A program made the position numbers and the translations under genes. A stretch of 64,000 bases of DNA from an uncultured Synergistales bacterium (GTDB lineage: Bacteria; Synergistota; Synergistia; Synergistales; Aminobacteriaceae), in assembly GCA_905233725.1 (NCBI GenBank), contig CAJOEM010000001.1, positions 2,772-66,771 of the forward strand, given 5' to 3'. Position 1 is the stretch's first letter; the number at the start of each line of letters is the position of its first letter. Positions 8,273 to 18,222 of the stretch are shown here, one piece after another. Under the pieces are notes generated by a model. The model worked only from the letters and a program-made list of their open reading frames with translations. It had not been told where the DNA came from and did not search any database.

Positions 8273-9865
8273 CTAGTCCACCTCTGCAAGTCTGAAATAA
8301 ATATTTCCTGTTACATTTCGGATTATGTTTTTGACGCGAGGATTTTTCATGACGGCTGAATTGTAGAAATATATCGGCAGAACGGGCAAATCGTTCATCA
8401 GGATTTTCTCAGCTTCGATTAGATACTGAGTGCGTAATTCGTGGCTCATTTCGGACGATGCTGCTGTTATGAGCGAATCGAAATCTGGGTTTGAATAGCC
8501 TGTGTTATTTTGCGGACTGTTGCTTGTGAAGCATTCGAGTAAACTTGCTGCGTCAACGAAATCCAAAATCCAAGCGTCACGTGCGATCTGGTAATCCTTG
8601 CGATTGCGTGTCTCGATGAAAACTTTCCATTCTTCGTTGTGTAATTCGACTTCGATGCCGAGATTGCGCTTCCACATTGCCTGCAAAACTTCCGCGAGCA
8701 TTTTGTTGCCGGTGTTTGAATTGTACTTGTACGTGACTTTCGGGAAATTTTTGCCATCCGGGTAGCCAGCATCAGCCAATAATTTTCGAGCAGCGTTTAC
8801 GTCAGCAGTTTCCGGCAGAAATTCTCCAGCCTCACCTCTGAAATCGTTTTCGAAATCTGAGCCTGGTACGTTATACGGCACGAATCCTACAGCTGGTTTC
8901 TGACCGCCGAGCAAAATTCTCTCGACGATGGCTTTGCGGTCGATTGCGAGTGTGAAAGCTTTTCGAACGTTTATATTATCAAATGGAGCTTGTGTAATAT
9001 TAAAATCGCAGAAAGCAGTCCCGAGTGATGGCAGCGAAATTGCCTCTCCGGATTTCAGCAGCATAGGCAGCATTTGTGACGGAATGCTTGACATGTAATC
9101 AATTTTGCCAGCTTTGAATGCAGCAAGAGCGGTGTTCTCGTCGTTTATAAAAACCATGCGCACACGATCGAGTTTTACTTTCGGAGCTTCCCAGTAGAAA
9201 TCGTTTTTCGCGAGCGTAATTTCTCCACCGTCGCCGTGTTTCCAGTTTTCGAGTTTGAACGCGCCATTCGAGAGCAGAGTTTCTGGACGAGCAGCCCAGG
9301 CTCTGGAATTTTCCTGAATAATATCCTGACGTGCCGGCATGAAAATCGGGAAAGCTAAGTATTCGAGCATTAACGGGTTCTTGAATTCAAGTTCGATCAC
9401 GAGTGTGCGATCGTCGATTGCTTTTAGACCGAGAGAATCTGCGTCAACTTTGCCGTTATAGAAAGCCTCGCCGTTGCGTATGAAATATGCGTAGTAAGCG
9501 TAAGGTGAAGCGACGTTTGGATCGAGTATGCGTGTGAAGCCGTATTTGAAATCCTGAGCCGTTAAATCTTTGCCGTCCGACCACTTGAGATTTTCGCGTA
9601 ATTTGAACGTCCAAGTCATGCCGTCGTCGGAGAAATTCCAGCTCTCAGCGCAGGCAGGTTCCGGAACATTATCGACACCAAGCCTGACAAGTCCCTCGAA
9701 AATATTTGCGATAACGTGGCTGCCATCGATGGCGTTATTCAGAACTGGATCGATAGTTCGCGGATCAGCTCCGAGATTGAAAACGAGTTCGCGATTTGAT
9801 GCTGCAAAACTTGCATTTGCGATTAATATTGCGAATATTAGCGCGTAAAAAATTTTTCTGGTCAT
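8273..9865 (-). CDS. Peptide/nickel ABC transporter substrate-binding protein (family 5, OppA/DppA-like)
   Basis: 530 aa with a signal peptide. The length and sequence pattern are typical of SBP_bac_5 (GADPRTIDP..., KWSDG, FKLENW). Confidence 0.8.
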   Translation of the reverse strand: MTRKIFYALIFAILIANASFAASNRELVFNLGADPRTIDPVLNNAIDGSHVIANIFEGLVRLGVDNVPEPACAESWNFSDDGMTWTFKLRENLKWSDGKDLTAQDFKYGFTRILDPNVASPYAYYAYFIRNGEAFYNGKVDADSLGLKAIDDRTLVIELEFKNPLMLEYLAFPIFMPARQDIIQENSRAWAARPETLLSNGAFKLENWKHGDGGEITLAKNDFYWEAPKVKLDRVRMVFINDENTALAAFKAGKIDYMSSIPSQMLPMLLKSGEAISLPSLGTAFCDFNITQAPFDNINVRKAFTLAIDRKAIVERILLGGQKPAVGFVPYNVPGSDFENDFRGEAGEFLPETADVNAARKLLADAGYPDGKNFPKVTYKYNSNTGNKMLAEVLQAMWKRNLGIEVELHNEEWKVFIETRNRKDYQIARDAWILDFVDAASLLECFTSNSPQNNTGYSNPDFDSLITAASSEMSHELRTQYLIEAEKILMNDLPVLPIYFYNSAVMKNPRVKNIIRNVTGNIYFRLAEVD

Positions 9866-9904
9866 AGATTTTCCTCCGTTTTTTGTGAATTGTGTTGTGT
9901 ATAT

Positions 9905-10843
9905 TTATAGCACGAAATGACACGCACAGAAATGATTTTGCGAGATTTGCCTGAGAAGCGGCTCTGAGTTTTTGCAATCTGGCTTAGCGTTCGGGCAGCG
10001 GGTGTGGAATTTGCAACCTGACGGCGGATTAATCGGACTTGGGATTTCACCCTGAAGAATTATTCGTGATTTTTTGTCGGACTTATCCGGATCAGGGATC
10101 GGCACGGCTGAGAGCAGGGATTTTGTGTAGGGATGTTTTGGCTGTGAGTATAATTCCTGACTTGTTGCGAGTTCGATAATTTTCCCGAGATACATAACTG
10201 CAACGCGATCGCTTATGTGTTTCACGACGGATAAATCATGCGCGATGAATAAATATGTCAAGCCGAGTTTTTTCTGCAAATCTTCGAGCATGTTCACGAT
10301 TTGAGCCTGAATTGACACATCCAGAGCTGATACAGGTTCGTCGCAAATTATGAATTCCGGTTCGACAGCCAGTGCCCGGGCAATTCCGATTCGTTGACGC
10401 TGACCACCTGAAAATTCGTGCGGATAATGTGACGCGTGTTCAAGATTTAAGCCTACGAGCTGCAGCAAATTTTCCAGCCGGGATTTGTGTTGTGACTTTG
10501 GGATTTTGTGAATTTTCATCGGTTCGCAGATTATTTCGCCAGCGGTCATTCGTGGATTCAGTGAAGCGTAAGGGTCTTGGAATATCATCTGGATTTTTTT
10601 TCTGAACGGCAGCATTTCGCTCTGAGATAATTTCGCTATGTCGTGTCCCTGAAAAATTATTTTGCCTGAATCGGGTTCGTATAACTTTATGATTGTTCGC
10701 CCTGTTGTAGTTTTTCCGCAGCCAGATTCGCCGACTAATCCGAGAGTTTCGCCGCGTTTAATCGAGAAGCTAATATCATCGACGGATTTCACAAGCCCGG
10801 ATTGAGTGTGAAAATACTTCCTGAGATTTGTTACTTGCAGCAT
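9905..10843 (-). CDS. Oligopeptide/dipeptide ABC transporter ATP-binding protein (OppF/DppF type)
   Basis: Walker A GESGCGKTT, signature FSGGQRQRIGIARAL, Walker B FIICDEPVSALD, and the C-terminal oligopeptide-type extension (CKFHTRCP). Confidence 0.85.
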   Translation of the reverse strand: MLQVTNLRKYFHTQSGLVKSVDDISFSIKRGETLGLVGESGCGKTTTGRTIIKLYEPDSGKIIFQGHDIAKLSQSEMLPFRKKIQMIFQDPYASLNPRMTAGEIICEPMKIHKIPKSQHKSRLENLLQLVGLNLEHASHYPHEFSGGQRQRIGIARALAVEPEFIICDEPVSALDVSIQAQIVNMLEDLQKKLGLTYLFIAHDLSVVKHISDRVAVMYLGKIIELATSQELYSQPKHPYTKSLLSAVPIPDPDKSDKKSRIILQGEIPSPINPPSGCKFHTRCPNAKPDCKNSEPLLRQISQNHFCACHFVL

Positions 10844-10845
10844 AA

Positions 10846-11535
10846 TTATTTCGCGTAATTTCTCGCGCCGAAAAGCAATGTGCCAATTCTGACCATCGTG
10901 CTGCCTTCGAGTATTGCCAGTTCAAAGTCATCGCTCATTCCCATTGATAGTACCGGAAGTTCCAGCCCCGTAGAAATTTTTGCGCGTTCGGAAAGTTCGC
11001 GTAAATTTGCAAACGCAGTCCGGATTTTTGCCTCGTCATTTGTCAACGGAGCTATTGTCATTAAGCCCTCGAGTTGTAAATTTTCCAGCGTGAGAATATT
11101 TTGTGCGAGTGAGTCGAAGTTCTCGAATGATACGCCGGATTTGCTGGCTTCGAGTGAAGTGTTGACTTCGATTAAGATTCGCGTTTTTTTCCCGAGCTCG
11201 CCGGAGATTCGATTTATGCGCTGAGCAAGTTCGGCTGAATCAACTGAGTCAATCGTGTCGAAAAGTTCGATTGCTTTACGAGCTTTGTTAGCTTGCAGAT
11301 GCCCGATTAATCGCCACGGAATTTTTGATGCGCCGTAGATTTCGCGTTTAGATTCGGCTTCCTGGACTTTGTTCTCACCGAATGCATCGATGAAATTTTC
11401 GGCTTCGTGCATTTCCTGAGGCGTGTGAGTTTTGCTGACCCCAACGAATGCAATATTATCTTTGCGATTTGCGCGTGATTTTGCAAGAGCGATTCTCTCG
11501 CGGATTTTTTCTGCGTTATCCTGAATAGTAATCAT
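10846..11535 (-). CDS. yggS: YggS-family pyridoxal-phosphate homeostasis protein
   Basis: 229 aa. Alanine-racemase-N fold with the PLP lysine context VGVSKTH, plus HLIGHLQ-like RLIGHLQANK and the MGMSDDFELAI motif. Confidence 0.8.
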   Translation of the reverse strand: MITIQDNAEKIRERIALAKSRANRKDNIAFVGVSKTHTPQEMHEAENFIDAFGENKVQEAESKREIYGASKIPWRLIGHLQANKARKAIELFDTIDSVDSAELAQRINRISGELGKKTRILIEVNTSLEASKSGVSFENFDSLAQNILTLENLQLEGLMTIAPLTNDEAKIRTAFANLRELSERAKISTGLELPVLSMGMSDDFELAILEGSTMVRIGTLLFGARNYAK

Positions 11536-11664
11536 GACAGATTTCTCCCTGAATAATTTTTTGCAGCTATTATACTCGAATTGTTGCGATAAAAATTCAA
11601 GAGTACGTAATTTTGACTATTGCGTTTTTCGGGAAGTGGGTTTAATATCTCTCGCGTTGATTGA

Positions 11665-11691
11665 TTAGCACTCGCTAAATTTGAGTGCCAG
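11665..11691 (+). promoter_or_regulatory. CIRCE (HrcA operator) inverted repeat upstream of groES
   Basis: TTAGCACTC-N9-GAGTGCCAG compared with the consensus TTAGCACTC-N9-GAGTGCTAA. The left arm is perfect and the right arm matches 7/9. It lies 38 nt upstream of the groES ATG. Confidence 0.75.
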
Positions 11692-11728
11692 TGAAGAGAA
11701 AATATTTTTGAAAGGGTGTATATCAGTT

Positions 11729-12019
11729 ATGAAACTTAAACCACTTGGCGACAGAATCGTCGTGAAAGTAATCACTCGTGAAGAGAAAACCAGAGGCGGA
11801 ATCGTTTTACCGGACACAGCGAAAGAGAAACCAACTGAGGGCGAAGTTATTGCAGTCGGCTCAGGAAAAGTTCTTGATAACGGACAGAAATTGCCCGTTG
11901 AAGTCAAAGTCGGAAACAAGATCATATTCAGCAAGTACGCGGGCACAGAAGTAAAAATCGATGATGAAGATCTCGTGATTTTCAGCGAGCGTGACGTTCT
12001 TGCGATAATCGAAGGCTAA
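11729..12019 (+). CDS. groES: Co-chaperonin GroES
   Basis: [14 protein letters not shown]... 96 aa. The ORF-track start at 11681 lies inside the CIRCE element, so the ATG at 11729 is preferred. Confidence 0.95.
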   Translation: MKLKPLGDRIVVKVITREEKTRGGIVLPDTAKEKPTEGEVIAVGSGKVLDNGQKLPVEVKVGNKIIFSKYAGTEVKIDDEDLVIFSERDVLAIIEG

Positions 12020-12070
12020 TCGGCTAAGCAAATTTTGGAAAAATATCTGGAAAATATCTAAGGAGAGTAA

Positions 12071-13711
<1,641 letters not shown>

Positions 13712-13757
13712 AGCCAGAATTTCGGCTATAGATCATGTATTAGAAAACGAATTTCGA

Positions 13758-13791
13758 GAATCCCGGATTAACCGTTCGGGGTTCTTTTTTT
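13758..13791 (+). terminator. Rho-independent terminator after groEL
   Basis: Stem GAATCCCG / CGGGGTTC (7/8 paired), followed by a T7 run. Confidence 0.6.
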
Positions 13792-13864
13792 ATTTTAACG
13801 CGAGACGAAAATCACGAGAAATGAGGTTGACTTTTGAGATATGAGCAACATAATTCATAATATT

Positions 13865-13929
13865 ACCAGAGACCAGAGACCAGAGACCAGAGACCAGAGA
13901 CCAGAGACCAGAGACCAGAGACCAGAGAC
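13865..13929. repeat. Perfect heptanucleotide microsatellite (CCAGAGA) x 9
   Basis: Counted directly: nine uninterrupted CCAGAGA units at 13866-13928, plus flanking partial units. Confidence 0.97.
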
Positions 13930-13955
13930 GCTTAATTTGGCTTCTTACGTGCTTT

Positions 13956-14717
13956 GTGTTTATGCTGGGCGTGTTCATAAGTTACAGGTTCGTTCGACAT
14001 GAACTCAATCAGAATGCTAATATCCGAGACTTACAAGCTTCTGTTGCCAAACTCAGTGCAAAGTTGAGGCACATATCTACTGGAAATGTTCAGTGGCTCG
14101 AAAGTGGCTATAATTACTTGGCTATCGGGAACAGCATTACGCTGCATGGCAAGAGCAGTTTTTGGTGGAATGAAATCGGCATGGCTGCGTCAGACGCAAA
14201 ACACGATTACTTTCACTTAGTTGTCTCTCACTTGAAGATTAGTAATGCCGAAGTTATGGCGAAAGCGTTCAATTTTAGCGTGTGGGAAGTTCAGGGACAT
14301 GATCGTGACGAAACTCTGGATTTCTTGGATCCATACCTGAGTCAACGTTTGAATCTGGTAACGATACAGCTCGCGGAAAACGCGTCAGACTTAGCGACCT
14401 ACGAGGAAGATTACGTGTCTTTAATCGAATACGTGAAAACGAAAGCTCCGAATGCCAGAATATTGGTAGTTGGTGATTTCTGGAGCAGGGGAAATCGCAA
14501 TGAGCTGAAAATCAATGCTGTGAACAAGACAAAAGCTGAATATGTTTCGCTCAATGGCATAATTGACAACAAGCGTTACTACTGCGGATTAAACATGATA
14601 GTTTACGATGACGACGGTAATGAACACATTGTTGAACATAACGGTGTCGCAAAGCATCCGGGCGATATAGGGATGAGAGCAATCGCAGACAGGATAATTG
14701 AGGTGCTAGATAAATGA
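13956..14717 (+). CDS. SGNH/GDSL-family hydrolase. The listed start is the first in-frame GTG, and the N-terminus is probably incomplete (see findings).
   Basis: Block I LAIGNSIT (Ser nucleophile), block III-like QLAENASD, VVGDFW, and block V AKHPGDIGM (His). The frame stays open upstream through the repeat and encodes RRLIWLLTCFVFMLGVFISY (TM anchor), but has no in-frame start codon there. Confidence 0.6.
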   Translation: MFMLGVFISYRFVRHELNQNANIRDLQASVAKLSAKLRHISTGNVQWLESGYNYLAIGNSITLHGKSSFWWNEIGMAASDAKHDYFHLVVSHLKISNAEVMAKAFNFSVWEVQGHDRDETLDFLDPYLSQRLNLVTIQLAENASDLATYEEDYVSLIEYVKTKAPNARILVVGDFWSRGNRNELKINAVNKTKAEYVSLNGIIDNKRYYCGLNMIVYDDDGNEHIVEHNGVAKHPGDIGMRAIADRIIEVLDK

Positions 14718-14738
14718 TTTTTGCATTATAATTGCAGC

Positions 14739-15461
14739 ATGAATACGAAACATGAACACATAAATCGCTCGCTGCGGAAAAAAATCGGTCACGCAATTTC
14801 GCAATGGAATATGATTTCGGAGAATGATCGGGTTTTAGTTGGGCTGTCTGGTGGCAAAGACAGCTTCTTGCTATTGCACGCGCTGCATGAGTTGACAAAA
14901 CGTTCGCCGGTGAAATTTGAAGTTGCTGCCGTAACGGTTGGATTAACAGGAATGAATCTTGAGCCGCTGCGTGAATATTGCGCCTCGAAAAATATTGCTC
15001 TGGAAATTATTTCTCAGCCCATAATCGAGATAATCAAGCTGCGTGATGAACGTTCGCCGTGTTCGTTCTGTGCGAATATGCGCCGCGGAATTATTAGCTC
15101 TTTCGCAAGTGAGCATAATTTTAATAAACTCGCACTCGGCCACACGATTGATGACGCGATTGAGACGTTCGTCATGAATATTTTATATACTGGTCGAGCA
15201 AAAAGTTTCAAGCCGCTTGCTCTGATGTCACGAACAAATGTTACGGTGATTCGTCCGCTGGTTCTTGCGAGTGAGAACGCAATTATCGACGAGGTGAAAA
15301 GATTGGAGCTGCCGATTATTTCGAGCCCGTGTCCTTTCGCAGGTCACACGCAACGTCAGAAAGTTCGCGAATTAATCGCAAGCCTGAGAAATTATATTCC
15401 GGATATTGACGGCAAAATTCTTCACGCATTGATGAGTATCTCGCAAGATGATTGCTGGTGA
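14739..15461 (+). CDS. ttcA: tRNA 2-thiocytidine biosynthesis protein TtcA-like PP-loop ATPase
   Basis: LRKKIGHAISQWNMISENDRVLVGLSGGKDSFLLLHAL (PP-loop SGGKDS) and CSFCANMRRG (CxxC). The ORF is open from TTG at 14721. Confidence 0.7.
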   Translation: MNTKHEHINRSLRKKIGHAISQWNMISENDRVLVGLSGGKDSFLLLHALHELTKRSPVKFEVAAVTVGLTGMNLEPLREYCASKNIALEIISQPIIEIIKLRDERSPCSFCANMRRGIISSFASEHNFNKLALGHTIDDAIETFVMNILYTGRAKSFKPLALMSRTNVTVIRPLVLASENAIIDEVKRLELPIISSPCPFAGHTQRQKVRELIASLRNYIPDIDGKILHALMSISQDDCW

Positions 15462-15465
15462 GAAA

Positions 15466-18054
15466 ATGATTATTCCAGATGACGTGAAAATAACTCCGTG
15501 GCTCGAACAATATCGCAAATTCAAAGCCGAGTATCCCGACGCGATTTTGTTTTTCAGAATGGGCGATTTCTACGAGATGTTTTTCGAGGACGCACGAATT
15601 GCAGCTTCGGTTTTGGAAATTGCTTTGACCGCACGAGATTCTGAGAAAAAAATCCCGATGGCAGGCATTCCGCATCATGCGCTGAATCAATATTTGGGAC
15701 GATTGCTCAAAGCCGGCTACAGAGTCGCAATTTGTGAGCAGTTGGAGCAAACTGGAGATTCTAAAATCGTTAAGCGCAAAATTGTTCGAATAGTTACCCC
15801 CGGAACTTACGTACCCGAAGAGAATGACGATAATTCCGGACACCTGGCTGCGATATTGCCGCTGAAAAATCATGTTGCTGTAGCATTATTATCTGTTGAT
15901 ACGGGCAGACTTGAAGCCGGGACTGTTTCTGAACGTGAAGCTGCTGCGTTGATTGCTGCGTTTTCACCCGGGGAAATTCTTGTGCCTGCGAGTGTGCGAA
16001 AATTTCCGGAGTTCCTGAGCGAGAATAATTACGCGTTACGTGAAGTCAGCTCAGAAAATTTTAAGATCCAGAATGCTGCGTCAAAACTCAAGAGAGCGCT
16101 TAATGCCAGGAATCTTGAATCGTTCGGGATTAGCGAGAATGACGCGTGTGTAGGCTGTGCGTGGGCTGTGCTGGAATATCTTTCGGCAACACAGTTCAGT
16201 TCGCTGAATAACGTGCTGAAGATTGCGCCGCTAAAATCGACTGAATGCATGATTCTTGACACGTCCGCGCAGAAAAATCTCGAGATAATTCCTGAAGCGA
16301 AAATTTCCAGTGATAGCATTTCGCTTTTTGAATCGCTTGATAAGTGCAGAACTCCGATGGGGCGACGAACTCTCAGAAATTGGCTTCTGCGACCGCTGAT
16401 TGATGTGAAGGCGATTAAACGCAGGCAAGATTCGATTAAGATATTATTCGACGAACGTGAGAAATGTTCAGAACTTGCGGATTTGTTGGCTGGAACTCGT
16501 GACGTTGAACGCGCGTTATCAAGATTGGCTCTGGGAACTGGCAACCCGTCGGATTTGGGAGTGATTCGTGACACTCTGAGAATAATTCCGGATTTGAAAT
16601 CGCTGGCGTTTCATGATTCGCGTGATTCGATTTCTGAGATTTTGCGAACGTTGCCGGACTTGAGTGATTTGAGCGAATATCTTGGGAGAGCGCTGCGTGA
16701 TAATTTGCCAAAAATTCTGGGAACTGGCGAGCTGATTCGTGAGGGATTTAACTCGGAGCTGGATAACTGGCGGAATTTTGCGCTTAAAGGCTCGGCTTGG
16801 CTGGAAAATTATCTCGAGAAAATGCGCGCCTCTTCCGAAACACCGAAATTGAAAGTTGGCTATAATCGTGCGTTTGGCTATTATCTTGAAATCGGCAAGA
16901 CCGGCCTCGTGAAAACTCCGCAGAATTTTCAGCAGCGTCAGACACTCGTGAATGCGAAACGCTACGTAACGCCTGAATTGCAGAATTTTCAGCTCAAAAT
17001 GGAAAACAGCGAATCGGAAATTTCACGGATTGAGAAAGATTTATACCAGGAAATTTTGTCGCGAGTGATTCAGGACAGCACGAATTTGCAGCTGACTGGG
17101 AAATTGCTTGGGATTCTTGATTGCGCTTGTTCTGCAGCAATAATAGCGCGTGAGAGAAATTATGTCTGTCCGGAAATCGACAACTCCGAAGTAATCGCGA
17201 TAAAATCCGCAAGACATCCAGTAATCGAAGCCGAAATGCGAGACTCAGTATTTGTTCCGAATGATGCGAAACTCGATGAAAAATCCCGTGTGATAATTCT
17301 GACTGGACCGAACATGGCTGGGAAATCGACTTGGCTGCGAATGACTGCGTTAATTGCGATAATGTCTCAGGCTGGCTTGTGGGTTCCTGCTGAGAGTGCG
17401 AGGATCGGAATTATAGACAGGATTTTCACACGCATCGGCGCACGTGACGATCTTGTTCACGGCAACAGCACGTTCATGATCGAAATGCTCGAGACCGCGA
17501 ATATCTTGAATAATGCAACAGATCGCAGCTTGATAATTCTTGACGAAGTTGGGCGAGGTACGGCGACTTGGGACGGCATGAGCATAGCCTGGGCAGTTCT
17601 GGAATATTTGCAGGCGAACTCGAAAGCGCGAGTATTATTTGCGACGCATTATCATGAACTCACGAGGCTTGAGAAAAATCTCGATGGTGTGAAAAATTTC
17701 AGCATGGCAGTTTCTGAGGCCAAAGATGGGATATTATTCCTGCATCAGGTCGTAGCCGGCGCAGCAGATAGATCTTACGGGATCGAAGTTGCAAGATTAG
17801 CAGGTTTGCCAAATCCGGTCTTGAAACGCGCGTTTGAATTGCTGGAAATTTTCGAGCGTGACGGTTTGCAAAAAATTCCCTTGTCTGAGCCGTTGCCACA
17901 GAATGCTCTCAGGCGGCAAATCTCGTTATTCTCACCTGAAGCTGACGGCATAATCGAGGAAATTTCGAATCTTGATCTTGATAACACGACACCCATGCAG
18001 GCTCTGAAAATTCTCGGAAAATTCAAGAGCAAATCTCAGGAAATCCTACACTAA
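15466..18054 (+). CDS. mutS: DNA mismatch repair protein MutS
   Basis: TPWLEQYRKFKAEYPDAILFFRMGDFYEMFFEDA (mismatch-binding domain), Walker A GPNMAGKST, and DEVGRGT. The ATG at 15466 follows the ttcA stop and is preceded by GGTGAG. Confidence 0.95.
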   Translation: MIIPDDVKITPWLEQYRKFKAEYPDAILFFRMGDFYEMFFEDARIAASVLEIALTARDSEKKIPMAGIPHHALNQYLGRLLKAGYRVAICEQLEQTGDSKIVKRKIVRIVTPGTYVPEENDDNSGHLAAILPLKNHVAVALLSVDTGRLEAGTVSEREAAALIAAFSPGEILVPASVRKFPEFLSENNYALREVSSENFKIQNAASKLKRALNARNLESFGISENDACVGCAWAVLEYLSATQFSSLNNVLKIAPLKSTECMILDTSAQKNLEIIPEAKISSDSISLFESLDKCRTPMGRRTLRNWLLRPLIDVKAIKRRQDSIKILFDEREKCSELADLLAGTRDVERALSRLALGTGNPSDLGVIRDTLRIIPDLKSLAFHDSRDSISEILRTLPDLSDLSEYLGRALRDNLPKILGTGELIREGFNSELDNWRNFALKGSAWLENYLEKMRASSETPKLKVGYNRAFGYYLEIGKTGLVKTPQNFQQRQTLVNAKRYVTPELQNFQLKMENSESEISRIEKDLYQEILSRVIQDSTNLQLTGKLLGILDCACSAAIIARERNYVCPEIDNSEVIAIKSARHPVIEAEMRDSVFVPNDAKLDEKSRVIILTGPNMAGKSTWLRMTALIAIMSQAGLWVPAESARIGIIDRIFTRIGARDDLVHGNSTFMIEMLETANILNNATDRSLIILDEVGRGTATWDGMSIAWAVLEYLQANSKARVLFATHYHELTRLEKNLDGVKNFSMAVSEAKDGILFLHQVVAGAADRSYGIEVARLAGLPNPVLKRAFELLEIFERDGLQKIPLSEPLPQNALRRQISLFSPEADGIIEEISNLDLDNTTPMQALKILGKFKSKSQEILH

Positions 18055-18222
18055 TATGCATACTCTATAGCGATTAAAGCGATTAAAGCGATTAAATAGT
18101 ATATAATATCTTCGTAGTATAATACTTTTGGTTCTCACTGGAGTTTGTCGCATAAGTGGAGAGTCCGTTTACCGCTTTGTGTGGATTTAAAGAATAAAAA
18201 ATTATTTCAGGAGGTTTTTGTT

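Noticed and set aside
13790-13978. 62-aa minus-strand ORF containing LWSLVSGLWSLVSGLWSLVSG
   Set aside because: It is simply the reverse-strand translation of the CCAGAGA microsatellite. It has no RBS or other coding support and overlaps the groEL terminator.
15316-15873. Long antisense or shadow ORFs inside well-supported genes (also 1192-1566, 12058-12489, 16029-16574, 26724-27359, 53564-54019, 56418-56903, 59933-60385)
   Set aside because: All lie fully within strongly motif-supported genes on the opposite strand and have low-complexity or atypical composition, with no recognisable motifs. They are treated as non-coding shadows.
18070-18096. Three tandem copies of GCGATTAAA after mutS
   Set aside because: It is short, AT-rich and intergenic, with no obvious palindrome or link to a reading frame. 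It is noted only as a minor simple repeat.
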